A stretch of DNA of 64,000 nucleotides from Candidatus Velthaea sp. GTDB lineage: Bacteria > Vulcanimicrobiota > Vulcanimicrobiia > Vulcanimicrobiales > Vulcanimicrobiaceae. Position 1 is the stretch's first letter; each line of letters begins with the position of its first letter. Below, in pieces: positions 1-10,140 of this stretch. The notes under the pieces were generated by a model. That model saw only the letters and a list, made by a program, of their open reading frames with translations, made no database searches and was not told the DNA's origin. The position numbers and the translations under genes were made by a program. The DNA is taken from positions 1 through 64,000 of the forward strand of contig CBDCCS010000018.1 in NCBI GenBank assembly GCA_965214935.1, read 5' to 3'.

Positions 1-610
1 CAACTGCCGGATTGCGTAGCGCCGCACCGATATCGGCAAACGACGGTACAGCTTGAGGAGTGTCCGCTTTGGTTTCGCTGAGGAACACGATCGTGACGCC
101 GAGCGTAACGACTTGCAACGCTGCCGCTAAGAGAAACGGCACTGCAAAACCATAGGTGTGCGCAAGATAGCCGCCGGCCGCCGGCCCGAAAATCATGCCG
201 GCACTGAATGCTGCGCCGATGTATGCATAGGCACGCGAACGTTGTGCCGGCTCGACGACGTCGGCAACGTATGATTGCGTTACGCTCAGATTGCCGCCGG
301 ATAAACCTTCGATAACACGCGCGAGAAACACAAACCACAGTGCCGGCGCAAATGCGAGCATCGTCCAGCCGATCGTCGCGCCGATCTGCGATACGATCAA
401 GACCGACTTGCGTCCGATGCGATCGCTGATGTTTCCCCAAATCGGGCCGGCCAATAGCTGGCAAAAGGCGAAGGTCGAAAAGAGGACGCCGATGACGAAC
501 GGTGACGCACCAAAACGCTGAACGTAAAACGGCAGCAGCGGAATGAGAATGCTGAACCCGAGGATGTCGATAAACGTGATGCCTAAGATCGGCAGTAGCC
601 GCACGATCAT
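1..610 (-). CDS. MFS transporter, TetA/DHA1-like (partial, runs off window start)
   Basis: Not in the ORF track. Manual translation from ATG at 610: MIVRLLPILGITFIDILGFSILIPLLPFYVQRFGASPFVIGVLFSTFAFCQLLAGPIWGNISDRIGRKSV, containing MFS motif A (GxxSDRxGRK). Confidence 0.9.
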   Translation of the reverse strand, partial: MIVRLLPILGITFIDILGFSILIPLLPFYVQRFGASPFVIGVLFSTFAFCQLLAGPIWGNISDRIGRKSVLIVSQIGATIGWTMLAFAPALWFVFLARVIEGLSGGNLSVTQSYVADVVEPAQRSRAYAYIGAAFSAGMIFGPAAGGYLAHTYGFAVPFLLAAALQVVTLGVTIVFLSETKADTPQAVPSFADIGAALRNPAV

Positions 611-824
611 ACGCGTGCGGTTCGCCGGTGATGGGCGGTTTTGTTCGATGAAGGCGGCATGCGCTGAGTCATTGACGTTGTCAAACCCGGGAGGCATCCC
701 TTCGATGCACGTCCATCAAGGCGCGTTCAAAGCGGTTCGCGGCCGGCGTTCGCACAATGACCGGAAATGATGGATCGTTCTTTGCGGTGCGCTTGTCAGC
801 GTACGCGTCTCGGCGTGACGGCGC

Positions 825-1616
825 ATGGCTGAGCGTCAGGTCGCCGTGATAACCGGCGCGTCGATGGGCATCGGCGAAGCTTTTGCCGATGCCCTGGCCG
901 AACGCGGTTACGATCTAGCGCTGATCGCGCGACATAGCGATGCTCTCACGAGCGTTGCAGCTCGGATCGCCGGGCGCAGCGGTTGCCGCGTCGAACCGAT
1001 GGCGGCGGACTTAACGGATGCGGTCGCCGTGGACCGTGTCGCCGTCGATGTTATAACGGCGTTCGGGCGCGTCGACTTGCTTGTAAACAACGCCGGATAC
1101 GGCGCGCACGGCGGTTTTGAGACGATCGGCTCCGCTCGTCATGCCGGTCAAATTCGTCTCAACGTTGAGGCACTCGTCGCGTTGACCGATCGCTTTGCGC
1201 CCGCGATGCTTGCGCGCGGAAGCGGCGGCATCATCAACGTTGCTTCGACTGCAGCGTTTCAGCCGGTACCCTACATGGCGGTCTACGGCGCTACCAAAGC
1301 CTTTGTGCTCTCGTTCTCCGAAGCGCTCAGCGAAGAGTTTCGCAGTCGCGGCGTCCGCGTTCTAGCGCTGTGTCCCGGCCCGACAAGCACGAACTTCTTT
1401 AAGATCGCCGGCGAAGGAGCGCAGATGGGCAGCTTTCGCAGCGTGCAGCAAGTCGTCAAGACGGCGTTGCGCGCCTACGATCGCGGCGATTCTTACGTTG
1501 TCGACGGCCCGGTCAATCGCGTCATGGCCGTGTCGCAGCGATTTATGCCGCGGACGCTCGTTGCACGCGTCGCCGGAAGGCTTATGATGCCGAAGCCGGG
1601 CGCTGCGGGCCGATAA
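825..1616 (+). CDS. Short-chain dehydrogenase/reductase (SDR)
   Basis: TGASMGIG Rossmann motif, NNAG, catalytic YGATK (YxxxK). Confidence 0.92.
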   Translation: MAERQVAVITGASMGIGEAFADALAERGYDLALIARHSDALTSVAARIAGRSGCRVEPMAADLTDAVAVDRVAVDVITAFGRVDLLVNNAGYGAHGGFETIGSARHAGQIRLNVEALVALTDRFAPAMLARGSGGIINVASTAAFQPVPYMAVYGATKAFVLSFSEALSEEFRSRGVRVLALCPGPTSTNFFKIAGEGAQMGSFRSVQQVVKTALRAYDRGDSYVVDGPVNRVMAVSQRFMPRTLVARVAGRLMMPKPGAAGR

Positions 1617-1656
1617 AAGGCTTGGCTTTCAACAACGACTAAACGTCTTCGGCCGC

Positions 1657-1740
<84 letters not shown>

Positions 1741-1974
1741 GTTTCGTTCGCAGCTGCGACCGGCGGTAGCGACGGAACACGGTGCTCCGTCAGCGACGGC
1801 GCACATCGCGGTCAGCACTGTCCGCTGGACGCTGAAACGACAGTTGGTGCCGATTCGGCACGGACGATTCCGGCGCACGCACGAGCTTCGTTGCTTTACG
1901 TGCGCTTATTTCATCGCTGCCGTCCGAAGATAGGAGAAGCGTAACATTCGACCGGCCATATAAGAGAGCGGGTT

Positions 1975-4900
1975 TTGCTACATCAGGTACGGCGTCGTGC
2001 AGTCATTTGTAAAGAAGCGTTTAAGCCGGTAAGAACTGCTCGCGTTCTTGCGCCTTGTGCCTTATTCGTAATGACGCTGACGGCTTTATCGGTTTATTCT
2101 CTGGATCGCCACGCCGCGTCGTTGTCGCTGGCGGCGAGGCTCGCGAATACGAGCGCCGCCCTGCACGATCGTACGTTGCAGCTCGTGAACGAAGAGACCG
2201 GGGTCCGCGGTTACATCGCGACGGGCGACCGCCGCTTTCTCGATATCTATTATCGGGCGCGGCAAAGTCTGCCCGCCGATGACCGGCAACTTGCCGAACG
2301 TATCGACGAACCGACCATAGCGGCCGCCGTCGCATCGCTCGGCCCGTTGTACCGCAAAGTCGACCGGCATCTGTTGAACGAGGCCCTGGCCGGTGCGGGC
2401 GATGCGAATCGCGTACACGCGCGTCTTCGAGATGAGAATACGCTTTTCGACGCTTATCGCCGGCAGGATCTTGTCGTAAACGACCTTGTTACGACAGGTC
2501 TGCGGCGCGCGCGCGCGACGAATCTTCGGTACGCGCAGCAAGCGACATTCGTGCCGCCGATCGTGGCTTTCGTGCTGATCGTCGCCGCGGGCGTTTTCAT
2601 CGCGCTGCTGCGAAAGATGACGACGATACAAAGCTCCGCAAACCGAGCAAACGATCTATCGACGATCAATGAATTAATGGCGATGGCCGAGGAAATGACG
2701 AGCGTCGGCTATTGGCAAGTCGACCTCCGAACGCAAGAACGGCAATGGTCGAATGAAGTCTTTCGAATCTTTGGCTTAAATCCGCAAGACCCCGTACCGC
2801 CCGAAAGCATACCGAACGCCTACGTCGCCGAAGACCGCGAGCGAATTGCCGGTATTGTCGGCAGAGCGTTAGAGTCTGGTTCGGCCTATCGTTTCGAGAC
2901 GCGGCTGCTGCGCCCCGATCGAACGATGCGCGATGTGATCGTAACGGGTCGAATCGAACGGGGAAGCGACGGAACCCCGCTCGTGATCAAAGGCGCGATT
3001 CAAGACGTCACCGATCGCAACAACATCGTACGCGAACGAGATCGGCTCATCGAGCGAGTGAATGTCGCGACGCAGGCGGCTCGCGTCGGCATCTGGGAAT
3101 GGGATATAACGAGCGGCGACGTCGTTTGGGATGCGATCAACGATCGTCTCTACGCACTGCCGGACGGCAAGCGCGCAACCTACGGGGTCTGGTCAGCAGC
3201 CTTACACGCCGAAGATCGAGATCGTACGGAAGACGAACTGGCTGCATCGGTCCGAAGCGGCCGGCCCTTTGAGTCGGAGTTTCGCATCGTTTGGCCAAGC
3301 GGCGAAGTTCGCAACTTGCGTGCGATGGGAACGGTGATCCATGACGGCAACGGCCGTCCGCAACGAATGATCGGCACGAGTTTCGACGTCACCGACGTGC
3401 ACCGGTTAAGCGAACTCTTGCGCCTTTCCGCCGAGCACGATCGCGCCAGCGCCGCCGATCTGCAAGAAAAGAATCGATTGATGGAGATGGCCGAGCAGAT
3501 GGCGCACGTCGGGCATTGGCATCTCAACCTTTCTACACAAGAAGTCGCATGGTCCGAGGAAGTGTACCGGACCCATGGTTTACCGCTCTCGGAAAAACCG
3601 ACGTTGACATCCGCTTTAGCCGTTTATTATGCCGACGATCGCGATCGCGTCAGTGCCGCCGTCGAACGAGCGATCGCAACCGGCACGGAATTCACCTTCG
3701 ATGCTCGTGTCGTTCGGCCTGACGGCACGCTGCGTAATGTTGTGGCAATCGGTCAGTCCGAGGTCGCCGACGACGGAAGCGTCGTAGCGTTATTCGGCAT
3801 ATTTCAAGATGTCACCGATCGCAAATCAGTCGAACACGAGCGAGACGAACTGCTCGCTCGCGTGACAACGGCAAACGCCGCCGGAAAGATCGGCGTTTGG
3901 GATTGGAACATCGTGACGAATCGGCGCATCTGGGATAGTAACATGTTCGCACTTCGCGGTTTTGAGAACGAGACGGATGCAACGGTCATCGAAACGGCTC
4001 AGTTTGAGGCGCTTCATCCTGAGGATCTGCAGCTCGTTCGAGATGAGATTGCACGCAGCGTGGCAACCGGCGCACCGTATGCTGTCGAATATCGCGTCCT
4101 GTGGCCGAATGGCGAGCTGCACTATTTACGCTCGCAAGGAAATGTCGTCTACGATGAAATCGGCGCGGCCGTACGAATGGTCGGCACCGCTTGGGATATA
4201 ACGGAATTGCGGCTTGCGAAACAAGCTGCGGAGCAAGCGAATCAAGCAAAGTCTGAATTTCTGGCGAGCATGAGCCACGAAATCCGGACGCCCATGAACG
4301 GCATTATCGGGCTGACGGCTTTGCTGCTCGACGGCGAGCTAAACGCAGAGCAGCGGACCCATGTGACGTTGCTCGCCGATGCCGGCCGCTCGTTGCTCGC
4401 GATCATTAACGATATTCTCGATTTATCGAAGATCGAAGCCGGCAAACTCGAGATCGAGGAGATCCCATTTGCGCCGGCCGGCTTAGTGCAAGGCGCCCTT
4501 GCGATCGTAGCGGGTGCGGCGATCGAGAAGGGACTTTCCCTTGCGACCGTTTTTGCTTCCGATGTTCCGGCTTGGGTGAACGGCGATCCGACCCGGCTGC
4601 GTCAGATCTTGCTCAACCTATTAACGAACGCCATCAAATTTACCGAGAGCGGCACCATTGAAGTCACCGTTCGTGCCGATCGGCGGCTGAATGGGAAACA
4701 TCTGTGTTTCGAGGTCCGGGATAGCGGAATCGGTATCGCGAGCGAGCGACAGCATTTGCTGTTCCAAAATTTTTCGCAAGTTGATCGTTCGACGGTTCGT
4801 AAATACGGTGGCACCGGTCTCGGCTTAGCGATCTGTAAGCGTTTAGCAGAGGCAATGTCGGGGTCGATCGGCGTGAGAAGCGAGATCGGCATTGGTAGCG

Positions 4901-5796
4901 TCTTCTGGTTTACGGCGTTACTTCCGCAAACCGAGGCGAGCGAAATACCGTCCGTTGCAAGCGAACGTCAAGCCATCTTTGATAAGGCGCGCCGCATTCT
5001 GGTCGTCGATGACAATCCGGTGAATCAAATTGTTGCTAAAGGCATGCTCGTGCAAGACGGGCACGACGTCGTGCTCGCTGCCGATGGCGTCGAGGCCCTC
5101 GCTGCCATCCAAGCAAGTTCGTTCGATCTCGTGCTCATGGATATGCGCATGCCGGTGATGGACGGTCTCGAGGCCACTCGCCGCATACGTTCGCTGCCGG
5201 TTCCACTGTGCGATATTCCGATCGTTACCTTGACGGCAAATGCAATGCCCGCGCAAATTGCCGAGTGTCGCGAAGCGGGAATGAACGACCACTTAAGCAA
5301 GCCGATCGATCGTGAACTGCTTCGCCGGACCGTGGCAATGTGGACCTTGAGCGGTGACTGGAAGCGTGCTCGTCCGGCTGCAGCGGCAGCTGAACGATCC
5401 GCTGTGTCCGCGCCGGCCGCCGCAGCCTTTGAGGTCGACCTGCTCATCGAGTTGTTCGATGGCGATGCCGATGCCGTCGTCGATCTGCTCGCGAGTGCTG
5501 CGGCCTTATTGGAAACTGATATGCTCATGATCAAAGATTCGCTGCTGAGTCGCGATTGGAATGCGGTCGCAGAAGCGGCGCATCGCTTGAAGGGGACGGC
5601 GCTGAGTCTGCGCGCCCGGAACATCGCCGAAGCCGGGTCGATCGTCGAGCAAGCCGCCCGAACCGACGTCACGGCGATCAGCGCAACGCTCGTGGATGAC
5701 CTGCAAACGGCGGTTGATGCCTTGACCAAACAGATTAACGCTCATGCCCAACGGCGGCTGACACACGACGCCGTCGGATCGTTCGGGCTCGAATGA
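1975..5796 (+). CDS. Hybrid sensor histidine kinase (TM-CHASE3-TM-4xPAS-HisKA-HATPase-REC-Hpt); true start may be slightly downstream
   Basis: CHASE3 EETGVRGYIATGD, four PAS/PAC units, H-box FLASMSHEIRTPMNG, NLLTNAIKFT, GGTGLGL, REC LMDMRMPVMDG, Hpt AHRLKG. Confidence 0.93.
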   Translation: MLHQVRRRAVICKEAFKPVRTARVLAPCALFVMTLTALSVYSLDRHAASLSLAARLANTSAALHDRTLQLVNEETGVRGYIATGDRRFLDIYYRARQSLPADDRQLAERIDEPTIAAAVASLGPLYRKVDRHLLNEALAGAGDANRVHARLRDENTLFDAYRRQDLVVNDLVTTGLRRARATNLRYAQQATFVPPIVAFVLIVAAGVFIALLRKMTTIQSSANRANDLSTINELMAMAEEMTSVGYWQVDLRTQERQWSNEVFRIFGLNPQDPVPPESIPNAYVAEDRERIAGIVGRALESGSAYRFETRLLRPDRTMRDVIVTGRIERGSDGTPLVIKGAIQDVTDRNNIVRERDRLIERVNVATQAARVGIWEWDITSGDVVWDAINDRLYALPDGKRATYGVWSAALHAEDRDRTEDELAASVRSGRPFESEFRIVWPSGEVRNLRAMGTVIHDGNGRPQRMIGTSFDVTDVHRLSELLRLSAEHDRASAADLQEKNRLMEMAEQMAHVGHWHLNLSTQEVAWSEEVYRTHGLPLSEKPTLTSALAVYYADDRDRVSAAVERAIATGTEFTFDARVVRPDGTLRNVVAIGQSEVADDGSVVALFGIFQDVTDRKSVEHERDELLARVTTANAAGKIGVWDWNIVTNRRIWDSNMFALRGFENETDATVIETAQFEALHPEDLQLVRDEIARSVATGAPYAVEYRVLWPNGELHYLRSQGNVVYDEIGAAVRMVGTAWDITELRLAKQAAEQANQAKSEFLASMSHEIRTPMNGIIGLTALLLDGELNAEQRTHVTLLADAGRSLLAIINDILDLSKIEAGKLEIEEIPFAPAGLVQGALAIVAGAAIEKGLSLATVFASDVPAWVNGDPTRLRQILLNLLTNAIKFTESGTIEVTVRADRRLNGKHLCFEVRDSGIGIASERQHLLFQNFSQVDRSTVRKYGGTGLGLAICKRLAEAMSGSIGVRSEIGIGSVFWFTALLPQTEASEIPSVASERQAIFDKARRILVVDDNPVNQIVAKGMLVQDGHDVVLAADGVEALAAIQASSFDLVLMDMRMPVMDGLEATRRIRSLPVPLCDIPIVTLTANAMPAQIAECREAGMNDHLSKPIDRELLRRTVAMWTLSGDWKRARPAAAAAERSAVSAPAAAAFEVDLLIELFDGDADAVVDLLASAAALLETDMLMIKDSLLSRDWNAVAEAAHRLKGTALSLRARNIAEAGSIVEQAARTDVTAISATLVDDLQTAVDALTKQINAHAQRRLTHDAVGSFGLE

Positions 5797-5820
5797 TCCG
5801 ACGAACGTTCGGTGGTTGTA

Positions 5821-6807
5821 CTAACTGCCCGCCATCGCTGAAAAGTCGTACTGCTTGTAGAGCGTTGCCGCGTTGGCGGCCGTAACTTCCGTCGTATTCA
5901 ATGTTAGGTGATGCTCGACGGCCTTGTGGTGCACGATCGCTTCGACGTAGTCCGCCGCTTCTTTCGCGCCGGTCGGATAAACGAAGGTTGCCGCAAGCTG
6001 TCCGAGTTGAACCGCGCGAATCCCGCCGTCCGGAATCGCCAGTCCGTCGACACCGATGAACTTCATCTCCTTGGCGCGATGCGCACCATCGGCGGCGAGA
6101 TACGCGCCGAGCGCCATCGGATCGTTTTGACCGTACACGAGGTCGATCTTCGGATATTGCGCGAGCCACTGCTGCATGACGGCCGTTGCCGGTTCTTTGA
6201 GCCACTTACAGTCGCGATCGGCGATGATCTTGATCTTTGGATTGCTTGCGATGCCGCTCCGAAACCCCTTATCGCGTTCGATTTGGCCGCTTACACTCGT
6301 TAAGCCGCGCAGCTCGACCACGTTACCGCCGTTGGGCAGCATTTTCACCGCGGCTTCGCCGGCTAATTGTCCGATTTTCACATTATCGCCGCCGATAAAC
6401 GACGTGTAGCAATCCGTATTGACCGTGCGATCGAGGATGATGACGGGGATGTGCGCGGCGCATGCCTGCTCGACGGGCGCAGTCAACGGCGCGGGCTCGG
6501 TCGGCGAAACGATTAGAACGTCGACATGCTGCGCGATGAAGCTCTGCACTTGGCTGACCTGTAAGCTGTTATCTTGCTTTGCATCCGTAATGGGCAGTAA
6601 TTTTAGATCGGGATACTTTTTTATGAACGCTTGCAGCTGGACGTTGAGCTGCGCCCGATACGGTTCGGCATTATTCGATTGCGAATAACCGACGACGAAT
6701 TGATGCGGCTGCGCGCTAACCGCTCCCGGTAGCGTCGTTACCGCGCTGAACGACGTGATGCCGGCCAGCGACGCGATTGCGAGCGTTCGGAGATAGGCAG
6801 GTCTCAT
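5821..6807 (-). CDS. Sugar ABC transporter substrate-binding protein (RbsB-like)
   Basis: Signal peptide, periplasmic-binding-protein motifs (IPVIILDR, GQND, IGVDG), operon with permease and ATPase. Confidence 0.9.
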   Translation of the reverse strand: MRPAYLRTLAIASLAGITSFSAVTTLPGAVSAQPHQFVVGYSQSNNAEPYRAQLNVQLQAFIKKYPDLKLLPITDAKQDNSLQVSQVQSFIAQHVDVLIVSPTEPAPLTAPVEQACAAHIPVIILDRTVNTDCYTSFIGGDNVKIGQLAGEAAVKMLPNGGNVVELRGLTSVSGQIERDKGFRSGIASNPKIKIIADRDCKWLKEPATAVMQQWLAQYPKIDLVYGQNDPMALGAYLAADGAHRAKEMKFIGVDGLAIPDGGIRAVQLGQLAATFVYPTGAKEAADYVEAIVHHKAVEHHLTLNTTEVTAANAATLYKQYDFSAMAGS

Positions 6808-7931
6808 GAGGTTGACTCTCCTTTACGACGAGGTGACGAAGGGCGAATGAAGCGGCCGATCGTACGGAAAAAATCCGGCCGTTGCAGCACCACGGCGGCG
6901 ACGACGATGAGCCCCTTAACGATCAACTGATCGTTGTCGCTGACGCCGTTGATGCCCAACACATTATCGAGCAAAGTTAAAATTAGCGCCCCGACGAGCG
7001 TGCCGACGATCGTTCCGCGGCCGCCGGATAAACTGGTGCCGCCGATCACTGCGGCTGCGATCGCATCGAGCTCGAACGATTGACCGGCAAGCGGATCGGC
7101 GGAAGCGCTGTACGCAGCGTCGATCGGGCCGGCAAAGCCGGCGAGTGCGCCGGAAATTGTAAACACGAGTATCTTGATCGAGCGAACGCTGACGCCGGAT
7201 AGCCGTGCGGCGGTTTCGTTGCCGCCGACCGCGTAAACATGACGCCCGAAGCTCGTCATCGATAAGATCCATTGAAAGACAAAGCAGATGATGACGAATG
7301 CGACGACCGGATAGTAAATGCCGTACGTTCCGAGTATCGGTAGCGCGTGTCCGGCGAATAGGTTGTGGCCCGGCGTGCCGAACAGCTCGAACGCCTGCGA
7401 CGGTCCGCTGAGTTTTCCGGTCGGACCCACGATCTGCGTTCCGACGCTCACGTTACCGCTCACTTCGCGCGCCAAGCCACGTGCGACACTTAACATCGCG
7501 AGCGTCACGACGAACGACTGTATGCGCAACCACGCGGTGCCGGCACCGTTTGCGAATCCGAAAATGCCGCCGACGAGCATCGAGCCGAGTAAGATCGGCA
7601 CCGGTCCCCAACCGAAATGCGTCAGCAGCAGCGCGGACGTCATCGATGAAATGCCCAGCAGCGATCCGACGGAAAGATCGATTCCCCCGGTGAGAATGAC
7701 GAGCGTTTCGCCGACGGCAAGTATTCCGCGCGAAGCAAAGGCGCCCACGGCGTTCGTCAAGTTCGTGCCGTCGAAGAAGATGCTGCCCTTTGTTACGATC
7801 CCGGCGGCGACCACCAGAATGAGGCCGATGTAGCCTTGCAGAGAGCCGAGGACCGGAAGAACGTTGCGCGCCCCGCGCACGACGGAAATCGCGGCCAAAT
7901 CCGGCTTGACGAGCGTCGGCTCAGCCGGCAT
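6804..7931 (-). CDS. Sugar ABC transporter permease (RbsC-like)
   Basis: GGIDLSVG, FGRHVYAVGGNETAARLSG, ELDAIAAAVIGGTSLSGG. Confidence 0.92.
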   Translation of the reverse strand: MPAEPTLVKPDLAAISVVRGARNVLPVLGSLQGYIGLILVVAAGIVTKGSIFFDGTNLTNAVGAFASRGILAVGETLVILTGGIDLSVGSLLGISSMTSALLLTHFGWGPVPILLGSMLVGGIFGFANGAGTAWLRIQSFVVTLAMLSVARGLAREVSGNVSVGTQIVGPTGKLSGPSQAFELFGTPGHNLFAGHALPILGTYGIYYPVVAFVIICFVFQWILSMTSFGRHVYAVGGNETAARLSGVSVRSIKILVFTISGALAGFAGPIDAAYSASADPLAGQSFELDAIAAAVIGGTSLSGGRGTIVGTLVGALILTLLDNVLGINGVSDNDQLIVKGLIVVAAVVLQRPDFFRTIGRFIRPSSPRRKGESTS

Positions 7932-9483
7932 GCGCCAATACCGCTTCGCGCCGCGTTGCGGCTTCCATGATTTTCTCTTGCGTCGCCGTTTCGCGTGTAA
8001 ACTCGGCGGTCAGTCGACCCTCGCAAATCACCAGAATGTGATCGCACAACGCGAGTAGTTCCGGCATCTCGGAAGATACCATCAAAATGCCCAAACCGTC
8101 GGCGGCAAGTCGTTTCATCAAAGCATAAATCTCTGCTTTTGCGCCGACGTCGATCCCGCGCGTCGGCTCGTCCATGAGCAATACGCGCGGGCGCGTGAGC
8201 AAACACTTGGCAATGACGACCTTCTGTTGATTGCCGCCCGAAAGATCGTTCACGATGGACAATGCCGAGGGCGTCTTGATGCGCAAATCTCGAATTGCAT
8301 CCCGGACGGCGGTCCGTTCCTTGGAGCGATCGATCGTCAACCCGCGAAGGAAATGTCCGAGCGCAGCTATCGTTACGTTGAATCCGACGGACAACGCGGT
8401 GATCAAACTTTGTGCTTTCCGATCTTCGGTAACAAAAGCAAGCCCGTGTGCGATCGCGTGTCGCGGCGAGCGCAGCGCGATCGGGCGCCCGTCCAGAAAC
8501 GTCTTGCCCCGTACGTTGCGCCCGGCGTGAACGCCGAAAAGCGTTTCGAGAATCTCCGTCCGCCCGGCGCCCATGAGGCCGGCAATACCGACGATCTCTC
8601 CGGCGTGTAACGTTAATGAAACCGCTTCGAGCGGCCGCCGTCCGAGCGCAACGTCGCCGCTCAAACCGAGCCGTTCGGCGCGCAGCACCTCGCGCCGTAC
8701 GTCGGCGCTTTCGGCGACCGGGTAGAACGCTTGTAGCGGCCGTCCGACCATCATCGTGATGAGTTGCGCGCGCGTTGCTTCACCGATTGCAACGGTATCG
8801 ATCATGCGGCCGTCGCGCAACACGCTCACGCTATGAGCGATCTGCGGCAACTCCTCGAGCCGGTGCGAGATATACACGATGGCGACGCCGCGCGCGCTCA
8901 ACCGGCGTATCACGTCGAAAAGCCGCTGAACTTCGACGTCGGCAAGCGCCGACGTCGGCTCGTCCATGATGAGAATCCGGGCGTTCAACGAAAGCGCTTT
9001 GGCGACTTCCATCAACTGCTGTTCCGCAACGCGCGCGAGTCCGACCGGGCGGCGCGGCGAGACGATGAGATCGAGTTGCGCCAAATACTGCGCCGTTTCG
9101 GCATGCATGCGTCGGCGATCGAGCGCTCCGAATCGCGTCCGTCGTTCGCGACCGAGAAAGAAGTTGTCGGATACCGAGAGTTCCGGTACCAGATGCAACT
9201 CTTGATGGATCATTGCAATTCCGAGCTCGCGAGCGGCTCGCGGCGAGTGGATATCGGCCGGACGGCCATCGATAGCGATCGTGCCGTCGTAACTGCTTAG
9301 CCCGCCGCTCAAGATGTTCATGAGCGTCGACTTACCGGCGCCGTTTTCACCGAGCAGCGCCCGGACTTCCCCGCGCTTCACCCGCAACGAGACGCCGTCC
9401 AGCGCTTGTACACCCGGAAACGTTTTACTAATGCGCGTGAGTTCGAGCGCGAACGCTTCGGGCGGCCCGACATCGGGCGGCAT
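7921..9483 (-). CDS. Sugar ABC transporter ATP-binding protein (RbsA-like, two NBDs)
   Basis: GENGAGKST, DEPTS, SHRL, LSGGNQQK, DEPTRGIDVGAK. Start trimmed from 9861 to the ATG at 9483. Confidence 0.9.
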   Translation of the reverse strand: MPPDVGPPEAFALELTRISKTFPGVQALDGVSLRVKRGEVRALLGENGAGKSTLMNILSGGLSSYDGTIAIDGRPADIHSPRAARELGIAMIHQELHLVPELSVSDNFFLGRERRTRFGALDRRRMHAETAQYLAQLDLIVSPRRPVGLARVAEQQLMEVAKALSLNARILIMDEPTSALADVEVQRLFDVIRRLSARGVAIVYISHRLEELPQIAHSVSVLRDGRMIDTVAIGEATRAQLITMMVGRPLQAFYPVAESADVRREVLRAERLGLSGDVALGRRPLEAVSLTLHAGEIVGIAGLMGAGRTEILETLFGVHAGRNVRGKTFLDGRPIALRSPRHAIAHGLAFVTEDRKAQSLITALSVGFNVTIAALGHFLRGLTIDRSKERTAVRDAIRDLRIKTPSALSIVNDLSGGNQQKVVIAKCLLTRPRVLLMDEPTRGIDVGAKAEIYALMKRLAADGLGILMVSSEMPELLALCDHILVICEGRLTAEFTRETATQEKIMEAATRREAVLAHAG

Positions 9484-10140
9484 TACGACGCTGCGAGATC
9501 CGGAGCGCGCCGTCGTTGCCGAAGCCGACGATAAATCGCCATCAAGCCCCCATCGATTGCGATGCGGAAACCGTGTCTTCATTGCTTCGTTGACCGTCTG
9601 CGCCCGGCACACCTGTGTAAAGCCGGGTTTGCAACGTTCACGCATAACCGCTACGAAAGAACATGAGACATTGACGGCGCACGCGAGAATTGGCCGTTCA
9701 TCCGGCCGCGAATTAGCTGCTGCAGCGCGCAGCAACGTTGCTCGATCGTTCAGCGCAATTCGACGCCGCTGCAACAGCGCACTCACAACCAATGCCCTCG
9801 ATTGCCGGCACGCTCCGGTCATGTCACGTACGTGAACGAAACGCGGCGTTCGCGAGTGCAACGGCGTCTACGGTCATCTCGTTAGATCGATTGAATCAGT
9901 GAGTCATTGCTGATATTCGAATGCGCGAAGTGCGCGACCGGCAAGCTGAATCGAAGCGCGAAGGCGATCCGAATGCGCGTGACATTCCGACGTTCATCGA
10001 CGAAGCAGCAGACCGCTAACTCAGTAATTTTTGATGTTGGCGGCAAGCGTTCTGCGAGCGTGACGGCAGGCCGTTCACTCGGCGGAGCTAAGTTTTCATG
10101 GAGTGGTGGTCGGCCGGTGGATCAGCTAGGAGAACGTAGC

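Noticed and set aside
1741..5800. Element integrated at tRNA-Leu
   Set aside because: No integrase, and no duplicate of the tRNA 3' end seen by eye in the window.
9484..10140. Long N-terminal extensions of the ABC ATPase (from 9861) and SucA (from 9907)
   Set aside because: No recognisable domain content; plausible starts lie downstream at the domain boundaries (RBS-supported for sucA).
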